Source: Adineta vaga
Taxonomy: Eukaryota; Animalia; Rotifera
Assembly (NCBI GenBank): GCA_021613535.1
Contig: CP075495.1
Coordinates: forward strand, 7,998,001 to 8,062,000
Direction of reading: 5' to 3'
Length of the DNA: 64,000 nt
In this document: positions 41,353-53,834 of the stretch, piece by piece
Numbering within the stretch: the first letter of the stretch is position 1
Layout of the letters: the number at the start of each line of letters is the position of its first letter
Program-made: the position numbers and the translations under genes
The notes under the pieces: generated by a model
Told to the model about the DNA's origin: nothing
Seen by the model: only the letters and a program-made list of their open reading frames with translations
Databases searched by the model: none

Positions 41353-42873
41353 GTCAGTTATATTACGAGATCATGCTGAAGCAATTCGTATACGTCGTCA
41401 GTGTCATTCAAGTATATCTCTTCTTCAACATCAACAACGGCAACAATCTCTATCTTCACCGTCAGAAGAACCATTCTATGATTGTAAACAACAGCAATCG
41501 CCACAAAAACCCAATAAAACTTTTGATATGTCAATAATGAAAATTTCCACGTGTACAATGACTGGTAAATCATTGAATAATCTTGATGATTGTTTATCAA
41601 CAACATCATCTGAAGAAAAAGGTGTTCAAACAACATTAAATGAATCACTTCATTCTAATTCATGTATTAAACGAGCCATGTCTTCAACTAGTTTATCATC
41701 ATCATCTGCATCAATACAAACAGATTCTCTGGAAAAGAAACCGAAAACACCTATTTTAACACCATCACCACCTTCAACAACAGATGAAACAACATCAACT
41801 AATGGTATTGAAATACCAACACCGTTACCATATAAATGGCCACATGTACATGAACGATTACTTGGTGAACAAGCATGTATTTATTGGGTGAATTACTTAG
41901 GTAAATTATAGATGAAATCTCTGTGAAATTATCAATAACACTTCGACTAAGCTTTAAGTGAAGGTGACAATCAGACCTTTCTTTTTGTTCTTTCGAAAGA
42001 ATATACTATGAGAATTAGAGCAGATTATCACATTATACTACGAATAAATACCTTCGTATTTACATAGCCTTTAAGAAAAAATTCAAATGAATTCATCAAT
42101 TAATTTCACACAAAAATAAACTTTCAATATCTTAGGTTCGACAGCAATTAAAATGTCGCCTGATGGCACAACAGCAATGCCATCTCAAGCTATTGCACGT
42201 TTGAAACAATCAACTCAATATGCACGTGTTTTACCGATTATTGGTCTTAGTATTTCATCGCGTGGTGTTGAATTCTTAAAACATACAAAAGATCGTCTTG
42301 TCATATGTTTTCATGATATAAAATCAATTCATTGTGCATGTCAAGATCCTGATCTACGTTATTTTGCTTATGTTACACGTGAACATCGATTAACGAATGG
42401 AATGCCACATACAAACTCTCAGTCGGCAATTGCATCCACTGTTGATAATAAACAACAATTACCTCCTTCACCATCTCTATCAATAGGTGGAGATTATCAT
42501 CATTATTGTCATGTATTCGTTGTAAAAAGTGAAGCAATGTCAACTGAAGTAAAATCGCTTTTATCTTCTATTTATAGTATTTCTCATTGCTTTTATTTAG
42601 ATTATGTTAACATTTGGTCAAGTATTTGATATAGCATATCGTCTTCATCGTCGCTTGAAATGCAATGGTAAAAAATCTAAAGATACACATTTACCTTTAT
42701 CATCCGTTACTAATAATGAACGTCATCATCCACAACTTGAAGTTATTCGTCTTTCGACTAAGTCTGATACTGCATATAATCATAATCATACTGTTATGTC
42801 ATCATCAACGCATTCACCAGCCATATCTTCATCATCATCGTCATCGGCCGATGATCGAAAAATATTTGTTTGA
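39692..42873 (+). CDS. PTB-domain adaptor with an ANKS1 (Odin/AIDA-1)-type PTB and a long disordered N-terminus
   Basis: WPHVHERLL...YWVNYLG|ST...LPIIGLSISSRGVEF...HDIKSIHCACQDPDLRYFAYVT...HHYCHVF...E|IMLTFGQVFDIAY. First exon MASYTELNRITCRPLPK (39692-39742) splices in phase to the acceptor at 40495; the start is less certain. Confidence 0.8.
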
Positions 42874-44031
42874 AAAAACAGATTGGATGGTTTTCATTTT
42901 ATTGTATATGCGTGTCTTTCTTTTTTATATATGTATACATACTATCGCCATCATATTCTCTTATTGAGATAAAAAAAATTATAAATTTTAAGAGAATCTT
43001 ATATTATTTGCATTCAAGAATGACAAAATGAAATCATTCTTAATACTGAACTATTATGTTGCTTTTATTATTATTATCATTATTATTATAGATTGATATT
43101 GACTATCTCTTTTTATTACATGTATCAACAGAATGATAACATAACAAAGAACTATCGATTAGTTCAAAATGTTGATAAGCAAAAAACATTTTTCAAGTTG
43201 AATGATGTAACAAGATTAGAAGATAAAAAGAATATATCTGTGATATACAAGGTTCTTGCAGACACGAGAATGTCATTGGTACATAGACGTATGTATCAGA
43301 TTTAGATCAACAAGGAAGTAGACAAGCTAGTTATGTATATTTATTTTTCCAGTTCGGAAGATAGAATAGATATTCACTGTATTGCAGTGTATTAAAATAA
43401 GAACTTTGATAGATATTACAAAATTTCAATGTTGGTTATACTGATCTTATCTTCAAGTAGACAAAATATACGATAGGAAAAAATCGAAAAGATCTTTATA
43501 TCACTGATTTTTTCGTGTACGGCTCAATAACGAAAAAATACTTACAATTCTTTCATTAACTTCACAAGTCAAATTCTCCTTCATTTATTTTCAGTTCTAT
43601 TTAATCTTTGTATGATCAATTCGTTATTATAAATGTAAAATATTCTATTTTATGACTTAAAGATGAAAATGATCAATGAACGATGATAGATCTAATTATT
43701 TCCTTGCCATCTAATCCTAACAAATCTGTTCCTAGTTATCTCATCTTGTCTTTATCAGCTAGTTACAGATAGACACTTCATCAACAGATGGAATTGCGAT
43801 CAGATTGTTTTTCATTGATTATATTTTATTTCAAAGATTTCTTTCCATATTGTGTCTCACGCGCAAGGACATTGACAGTTATTGTTTACTTTAGTGCATC
43901 ATATACACGATATATATTTTGATATTTTCCTATCTCGTTTGAACACATAACATCGAAAGACAATAACAAAACAAAAGAAAGAAAGAAAGAAAGGAAAAAA
44001 ATGAAGTCTGTCTTTATGTTCACATGATGTT

Positions 44032-47000
44032 TTAAGCACGTAAAGCACAGAATTGTTGAAATACTTCTAATATTGAAAAATCAATATCCGATGTAAAGAT
44101 TAAGGATTCAAATGTTGAAACATATTGGAACACTTGTTCATAATATATAAGGAATATTTCTTGTAAACGTTCCATGATCCATTTAAGCCATGGTGTAGAA
44201 ACAGGATCTACATTTTTACTTTCACATTCATTCAAAAAATCACTTAATGTCATAATAAAACGTTGAAAAACAATAAGATAAAGTTTTCTAAATAGGAAAA
44301 GAAAAGGGAAATATATATGATATAAAAATAAGGATTTCTAATTTACTTTTGTTGTTCACGCGCATGTGATAAACGTTCTTCAACAATTTCATATTTTTCA
44401 TGTAATTTTGCTGTGGCTTCATCCATGGGTGGATGAGAGATTTGCATTTTATCGCTAGAATCTTGTTGTTCGCCATTATCTTCGTTATTTTCATCATCAT
44501 CGTCATCATCACTTTCTCGACGTCGTTTTAAATTATTTGGTTTTGTCTTTTCTTCCTCGTTAATTGTAGGTACATCTTCATCCATTTTATTTTCTTCGGA
44601 TGTTTTTTCATCTGTAGGTGGTACAACTGGTTCATTGAGTGATATTGTATCTGTACGTACTGATGCACTTGTGACAGATTGAACAGTTGCAGAAATATTT
44701 AATTGACGACGTAAATCTAATAATTCATTATGATGTTTTTCTACTTGTCGATTCATTTTTTCAATGGTCGATGACAAAATTTCCCAAATATAAAAATTCG
44801 TCAGCTCACTACCTAGCTCACTGGAAAATATCCAATTAGCAACTGCAGAACATTCTACAATTTGAGTTTTGACCAATTTATCAACCAAAACAACCATCAT
44901 CTAAAATACAACAATGTTTTTCTTAAATGAAAAGCTCAAGTTCACACTCTCCAATGACTGACCTGTTGATGATTTGGCCAGATTTCATACATTGATTTCA
45001 ATACTTGAATTTGTTGCTCTTCACTTTCAATAAGAATCTTAAATAATTGATGATATTTGGCCAGAGCTGCAAATGAATGTGTAAAAGATTTCGATCCAAC
45101 CCAGAGAAGTGACGATACAAATATATCAATTTGTACCATTGTATAAGTTAATTCATTTGATGATTGATTGGTCGTTGATGTTGATGGTGCAACTACGCTG
45201 GTATCATCTTTTGATGGATTTGGTACTGTATTTAATATACGTAAAAGTTCTTCAGCTGATGCGCGTTCTCGTATTTTTTTAACTAATAATTGAGCATATT
45301 CCGAGCCGAAAACAGGTGCATCATTTTCTTCAAATTTGAATACAGGTGATGGTTTATTTGGTATAAGTTTATAGAATTGTTCAGGAACGAAATCAATGAC
45401 ACGTTGATGAAATGAAAGTCGCATACAACGTTGTAATGTTTCACGAATAAATTTGATTTTTGGTGATTCAGGATTTTCATCTAGACAATCAATCCAATCT
45501 TGCCAAGCCCATGTAAATTGAAAATTTGATAAATGATATGAGAACCATTTGACAAAACGTTCAACACATGAAGTTTTCATAGTAGTCAATCGTTCAAATA
45601 ACATTTCGACAGCTTGAACGAGGACAGGTGGTAATGTTGATGGTTGTAATTTACATAATTCAAGTAAAAGTGAACCATAGAATAATTCTAAATGTGGTGA
45701 ACGTGGTAACATAAATAAATGACCAAATATAACCTAAATAAAACAATAAACAATTTGTGAAAAGTTTTGTCAAATATTTCAATGAATATATCTATTTATT
45801 CTTACCTCAATCATCATATAATTGATTGGAATTTTATTTTTTGATCGAATTTGTGTTAATTGCATTGCACAATCCTTTCTTTCCATATGAAATGTATGTA
45901 AAATATTTGTTATTTCATCTTCAATAAGATATCTTTCAATAGCATGTGCACCAGGTAAAACATAATCTTCAGGTACATCAGTATAATCAAACATACGAAA
46001 GACAATTTTTGGTAATGGATAAATAATTTCACCTCGATGTGCTGGAATAATTATTGTAGGTAGATCATGTACAATAGATGCAGAAATATCACTAAATAAA
46101 GTATCGGCATAAGAATAATATGGTCGAAAAATTTGTGATTCTGCCCATTCATCTTGATTTAAACGTTTTATTTGTGCTAATAAACAATCGAGATATTCTT
46201 CTTGAGGATGTGGTTCAATAGATGTCCAAACTTGAAGAATAGGTACATGAATTTTGGAACGATTATAAATATATTTATCAATTGTGTATAAGAGACGACT
46301 TAATTCTGTATTATGTTTTTCTGAGAGAATTTTACCCGAATATGGTAAAGAAGTTAAAACACATGAAACAAAGAAATCTGTTCGAACTTGTGGAATATTT
46401 GTTTCCGTTGTTGTTTCAATTAATGTATCATATAATGTTAAAACTGATGATGGTGAAAGAAATTTAACATTAATTAAATCCGAAAAAAATCGTACATAAC
46501 GTTGAATAATTTCAAATTTATATAATAATAAACTTTCTTTGAATGCACTTATACATGTATCAAGAAAATCCGAACCAAACGTAATTACAGATGCATGTAA
46601 TAAACCTACTAATGTTGAATAGATTGTTAAACGTTCAGGTACTAATTGTATACATTGATTGAGAAAATCGAAAATCGTTCTTTTATGTTTGGAGAGATCA
46701 TTACACAGTGTTGTACAAAGATCACGTAAAGTTTGTTCAAGTGTTGAATCCAGTTTTTGTCCTAACGTAAGTAATGCAGCTTGTATTTTATCTTCAGTTA
46801 ATTCTTCATCATTAGGACCACCTAATTTACGACGTTTATTAGGGTCATATGAATATTGCTGAGATGTTTGGTTTGGTTGTTGAACATGTCGACGATCACT
46901 ACGATGATGATGGTGATGATGATGATGACGTGATGATGATGAACGTTGACGTTGTTGTGATTTACCATGAGAATCATCATCGTCATCGTCGGAATAACCA

Positions 47001-47047
47001 CCGCCACCAACACCACCGTTACGATTGCGACCACCTTTTGTCGTCAT
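44032..47047 (-). CDS. NCBP1: Nuclear cap-binding protein subunit 1 (CBP80), 4 coding exons
   Basis: NLS KRRK; PERLTIYSTLVGL; QEEYLDCLLAQI; IVFRMFDYTDVPE; WFSYHLSNFQFTWAWQDW; GSKSFTHSFAALAKYH; ends EVFQQFCALRA. Confidence 0.97.
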
Positions 47048-47549
47048 TATAGATTTGTTTTGCAAAAAAAAAGGCAAATCTGAAAAATAATTTGTCAAAT
47101 TAAAGAATTCGATTGTATTATTTCTACATGTAGTTTATCTACGTTTTAGATATAAGATGGTTTCAAATATTTTTATATAAATTATGAAATTTCTTAACAG
47201 AACACGATCATTTTATCTCACAGAAACTTAACAAGGAAATATTGTTCATGTATAATGCCTTACGAAATATGACTTCTATTCATGCAATCATATTCTAATT
47301 CTAACGCTCAACATTTCTTGTTCTCAAACAAAAACAACAATTATTTTCATTGACATCTTCCATTTAATTTGAAACAGCACGATACAAATGCATAAGTGTT
47401 TTAATCATGTTGCTTTCTCTCATCTGATTGGTTTATCGACGCATACGGATGGTATTATTTATTTGTATTGTCTCAAAAAGAAGAAGAATCTAAACAAATT
47501 CAATGAAGCATTTTGTTCGAATGAACAAATCTTCTTAGATGCAATTCAG

Positions 47550-50500
47550 ATGAAAGTAATTAGAAATCATTCGGAAGATAAAACAACATCATCATCATCA
47601 TCAATTTCAATTGATCTACCAAAGAATCTATCATTTGATCACATGAATAATCTTGTACAAGATGGATCGAATAGAAAAATTGTTTCACCAACATATGAAA
47701 TGCAAACAAATGAAAATGAACAAAATAATACGATTGAAACACCGATTAAACCAACACAAGCTGTTCAACAAACACGTACTTTAGCTCAAATACGAGAACA
47801 ACTTGCTTTAAAACGAAAAGGTTTGATTGAATGAATTAGATGATCTTTTTCTATTTGAAATTCGATTGATTTTATTTAGCTTCAGCTCTAGCAGCTTCAA
47901 ACTCCGTTTCAACATCTACAAGTAAGTTAAAACAAAGTTTAAGAAAATAAAATAAATATTTTATTCATTTCAGATAATTCTCCTGGTAGTCCGCTAGTTA
48001 CTAACATTAAAACTGAACCAAAAATATGCAATGATCCTATTCATCGAACTATGTAAGTGATGACTTTATTTCTGTTAAATAGTTTTCAAAAATTCAATGA
48101 AATTTTCATACTTTGTGTAATGGTGGAATGCATCTATTCTATATTTAATCATATCTCGTTATTACAGAATAGATTGAATTGTCACAGATAAAAATAAACA
48201 TCAACAATAACTTTCTCATCGTATAGTTTAGTTTATTTACGTGTAATCAAAGTAATGACAACTTTTATTCGTAGATAGAAGATAAGTTTGAAACACTAAT
48301 ATATATGTAATTTCTTATTCTTTGTCGATATCTTCTCAACTATTCTATGTTTTTATTTTTCATCTACTGAGATTGTGTAATCGACGGTTTCGATCACTAC
48401 GACAAAGTTTTTCGTAGGCAACATTGTGAACTAACGAAATAAATATTAACGTAAAATATCCTTCCTTATTTGGTATCAAAAAAGTTGACTGATGACTGAT
48501 TCTTAGTGAACTAATCTCTCTTTTTTCTTCTTTTGCTAAAGCTTTTTGAAGCAAGACATGTAATCAAAATGAGAGAACATTCAGAAATGAAGTTAGGGAG
48601 ACGTAGATAAAATAATATTGAAAAAAAAAGGTTTTTCTATCTCAACGACAGACCTGCCAATCATATGTTCGAAGGATAAAATCTTACCATTAGTTTTCAT
48701 ATATGAATATCGAAGTGAAACCGTGACTATTAACATTCACCTATGTACATTCATGACTTTTCTTCAGACGTCAATATAATTATTTATCAAATATTGACGT
48801 CAATAAAATACAGAGACAATTCATTAAAAGAAAAAGAATTTAATTTCTTTAGAAGTGAAAATTCTATGTAGACATCATTTTCTTTATCGAAAAGAATTAT
48901 TAATCAATATTTGAAATTCTAGGTCATCTCCGACTATTAGTCAATCAATACTTCCAACTAAAAATCAACAAATAGGATATTCAACATCGAATATAATCTC
49001 ACCTGCATCTTTCTTTACAAATCAATCGTCAACTGATTCTTTTCATGTGGTATGTCTTCTCAACATTTCTTTTCTCTTTCTCACCTCGATAAATATAAAT
49101 ATCAATAACAAAAAGAATTTTTTATTCCTTTTAATCGGCTAGTTTTCTCATACGCCCGCCTTTTTTTGTTATGATTTCCTATTCACTGCGATACCTACCC
49201 TTTCTCTCTTTTACATTTCTATTTCTTGCCGTTTACAGAACAAAAAATTTTCAGTGATTAAAATTATTTCCTTACTTATCGTAATTATTTCACTGCAGTT
49301 ATATATATTATTATCGACAGTACCTCTCTATTTGACCTATATAAAAAGTAGTAAGTCAAAAAATGCTGATGATAATCGCTTTTAATGTGTGTTCGAGAGA
49401 AGAAATAAGGCAAAGTAAAGAAAAATCATTCGTATGAAGGTTTTTTTGACGAGAAGAAGAAGAAGGAGAAAATAAGTCCGACATGGTGCACCGCCAGTCT
49501 CAATACTAGTTCTAGTTGGTCTGGAAAAGAGAGAGAGAAAAAGGAATATAAATACGCAAGTATTTCTTCTTTTGTTTTCAGTTTTAAGATGCATCATAGT
49601 CGTCATTATAATTCTTTTCTCTTGTTATTATTATCACTAACACAAGTAGCTCAAATAATATATTCATTTTCATTATCAACATCACTCGTTTCTTTTTTTT
49701 CTTATCCTATATCTGTGTCATATATCATTTCTTTTTTTCTCAAAGACTTGCTGCTAATCAAAGGAAAAAGAGAAGAAGAAACAAGAGTGAACACTGAACT
49801 TAATCATGAGCCGTATATGTCTCGCATGCTTGTGTCCTCTCGTCATGTTTTGTCGACACCGACGATCTAGCAGCTAAGGGTACACATATATATATATATA
49901 TGTAGTAGAGAAATGTTAAACTGTGTTTAATCGTTACAACAAAAAGACGACGACGACGTCGAACCGACTGACTATCGTATACGCTTCTGACATTGAGAAC
50001 GAACGCAGGAAAAGAAAAGGGAAGATGGGACGAGAAAAGAATGAAGAATAGAAAAAAAAGAGAATAGAACTGAATGTGATTCGAATGAACTCACAATAAA
50101 TAACGAAGCAAAGAAGAAAATTGATGATCGATCGTATGTATGTAGGTTTATTGCACTATGCTTTTTCAAACATATTGAAGACGAAGAAGAATGAGAAGAA
50201 AGAAAACAATAAGATATTGAATCTAAACATTTTCTTGTTTTTTTTCCTTGTAGACTACCGGTCATAATAATAATCATAATCAGCAGCAACAGAACTGCGT
50301 CACACATTCATTATTTGACGACTTTTCTGAAACATTTGACTCGTTTACTGTGTCCATGCTTGATAATATTAGTGAATCAATAACAAATCAATCGAGTTCA
50401 CAACCAAATCCACAACAATATCAGCAACAACAACAACAACACCAACAACAAATCAATTCAAATTCACAAATAACTCTTGATTTTGATAGTATTTTACAAG

Positions 50501-52082
50501 AATTAAAATCTGTTGGTCAAGCACATCAGGTAGATCAACAAACAACGATGATTGTAGAAAATATTACAGCAAATATCAAACAAGAACCACAACCAAATTC
50601 TCAAAATCAATCAATTCATTCCAATGAAATAAGTAAGTTTACTTTTTTGATTTTCTTTCAAATACTTTTCGAAATAACTTTACAAATCCGACAGTATATA
50701 TTTACTTGTGTAGAGATCATCAATGATGATCTTTTCTTAAAACAAATATTCTTATGTAATGAAAGTCAATGAAGATCATAGTTCATTAAAGATTGTCTTT
50801 GACATGAATTCATCTAAAAATGAATTCTTTTCTTTAGTATCGCCCGTCAAATATCAATCTTCATCAGATGATCTTCTAGCATTTCTTTCATCTGATCCTA
50901 CGGCATCATTACCAAGTATAAATACTATGATGTTAACAACAATTCCTACATCTTCAATGACAACATCACCTGTTCGTACACCGAAGAAAAAAGGAATTAA
51001 ATCAACGACTACATCACCAAGAATCAAAAAGGAAGGTGGAGCAATTCTAAAAAGTAAGAAAGCAAAGAAAACAATTCTCGATGGTGAATCATTACAGCAA
51101 ATCTTAATTAAAACTAATGGTGAATTTGTTGAACCAATGCATATTGTGCTCGCATCCCCTGTTAAACATTCACCATCCACTACGTCGTATTCACCGATTG
51201 CGCCAGCAATAAATAAGAAAAGTAATAATGAAACAGCATCAAATTGGATGACAACAAATATTTCACAAACAACTAAAAATGCTCAGGCACTTGCTTTGAA
51301 AGCAGTTGCACGAAATCAAGTAGCAAAAATCAATTTTCAACAACAACAACAACAGCAGCAACAAGCAATGGATACCGGTAAGAAATATATGCTATATAGA
51401 TGCGAACATTTTCAATCGAACGATTAAACAAAGATACATCTGATAAATTTGAAATACTTATCTAATTTATATATATACATTATTTTCAGGTAATTATGAT
51501 TCAACATTAGCACGTCCAACTCTACTTGTCGCACGTACTGATTCAACATCGGCAATTAATCCTCAACAACAAACATTACAAGCTCGTTTAAATGCCTTTG
51601 TTGTTAATGTACCACAACAACAATCGGCAAAATTAATTCCGACAACTACAACAGCAACATTAACACCTCAACAACAAATCTTCTTCCAACAAATTATTCG
51701 TCGTGATTCATCATCAACAACAACTACTGCTGCTAATGCATTGGATTCTTCAACAACATCAATAGGAAATCTTGTTCAACAACAAACAATATCTACGACT
51801 GTTCGTGTACCGACAACAACATCAACAACAACATTTATTCCTCAACAACAAATTCCAGCACGTCCAATTCAACAGTTATCCAATGGATCTGATTCGTCAC
51901 GAAAACAACAATTATTCGATGCACTTACAGCATCATTAGCCAATAGTCGAACAATGAATTATAAATGTACATGCGAATGTAAACCATTGATTGCTTGTAA
52001 AAAATGTGGTGCATATTGCCATGATGATTGTATTGGACAAACAAAATTATGTGGCAATTGTCTTGTCATGACATCTTGTTAA
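47550..52082 (+). CDS. Asx: Additional sex combs (Asx/ASXL)-like protein with C-terminal atypical PHD finger
   Basis: [11 protein letters not shown] motif in the first exon and C-terminal [34 protein letters not shown]. Phase-compatible exons at about 47550-47820, 47880-47921, 47974-48052, 48923-49049, 50254-50632, 50838-51376 and 51490-52082. An alternative start at 47388 is possible. Confidence 0.8.
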
Positions 52083-52924
52083 AGAATTTACCTCCTTTCA
52101 TCTCTCTGATCAAATCTAGTCAATGAAGACGAGATCATCTATATCATTTGACTCTATTTTTTTATTATTGAATTAGTCGAATAATGTATTCGATGATTTA
52201 TCAGTTCGTTGTTTTTTTTGTACAGTCCTTGTTTTTCTTTTCTTTCTCTTTCTCTTTCTCTCTCTCCGTTTCGCGTTTTTGAAATATTATACAAACACGA
52301 ATTTTAAAATGTGCGTAGAATATAATATTTATGCAAATATAGAATCTGAATTTTAAAGAATAACTATCAATGGTTAATCATACCAATGAAATTGTAGAGG
52401 AGATATTTGGATACTGCTATGTACTGACTGATATTTTATTATTTACGAATAATATTCAGAATGTGAGAAGACATTATCTTTCTTTCTGTTCGTAAAAATA
52501 TCTAAAAATTATTATTATGAGATATAAATTTACATTGAATAAAAGCTTGATCTCCATTGTCCTATCTTAACTGAATTAGCTTATTGAGAAAAAAAAAGAG
52601 AATATTAAAATTTATTCATTTGTCAATAATCTGTGATTAAAATAACAAATTATCTTTTCATTAGAGTAATATTTTATATGTAAATTAGCACATTTCTTAC
52701 AATAATGTTTTTTTTCTCTTTGAAAACATGCAAAAACAAAACTTATGAATATTCTAAACTACTAATTTTCTTCTTGTCGTTTCTTTCATGCTTTCTTAAC
52801 TATAAAATAATCGAAGACAACTAGTTAACTGAACACTAATTGATTAAAATCAAATAATTTATAGAGCATATGTATATAAATATGTAACGATGGAAAACAC
52901 AATTTTGTAAAAATTGTTCTTTTT

Positions 52925-53834
52925 TTATTGTTCAATATCAATAAATTGTTCGTCATCGTCAGCATCATCTTCATCATCTGTATAATGCATTGAATGTGAT
53001 GTATTTTCTTCATCATCTGATGTACATGAAGATGAAACCGTTAAAGTACTAATTTGTTTTTCATTTTCAATTCTTTGTAATTCAGCATAGGATGGGATTG
53101 AATTCTTTTTTGGACGACCTTTAGGTTTTGTAGGTGCCTCTTTACAACCTTGTTGTAATACCTATGAATACATTAGATTAGAGAACAAAATATTCAAATA
53201 AAGAGATATCTCTTCATACTTGTTTCTTCCATTTCATTCGACGATTTTGATACCTGAAAGAGAAAAGTTGATCGAATGTACACATATAGAATCTTTGATA
53301 CGTACCAAGTTTTAACTTGTAATTGAGATAAATGTAACATATCAGCCAATTCAATACGATCTGGTGTTGAAAGATATTTTTGTGTCTCAAAACGTTTTTC
53401 TAAACCAATTAATTGAGCATCTGTAAACAAGATCAATGAATGATATGTATTCATATGTTGTTTTATTTACCAGAAAAAACTGTTCGTGTTCGTCGACAAC
53501 GTCGATGATGAATAAATGTATCCAAATTTGGGTACGTTGAATTCAATGGTAATGATGATAGATGACAAGTATGTAAACTTGAATTGCATGATGTTGATCG
53601 ATGTTCTAAAAATGAATTGAATAAAATATAGAAAATGTTTACTTTTATTGAAAACGACTTACCAGAACATAGATGTTTATTTGATGGTGTTGAAAATGAG
53701 AGAAATGAGGATGGGATTAATGATGTAAGTGGAAAGGACCGTGGTACAAGACTTGGATAAATTGATGATTTGGATTTTTCATATTTCAGAATATCATCAA
53801 TTGAAAATGGTAATGGTTTATCTGTAAAAGTCAT
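52925..53834 (-). CDS. BARX: Barx homeobox transcription factor (ANTP class, NK-like), 5 exons
   Basis: eh1 motif FSIDDIL; spliced homeodomain RRTRTVFS|[39 protein letters not shown]|[11 protein letters not shown]|VLQQG, followed by the Barx basic region [15 protein letters not shown]. Confidence 0.93.
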
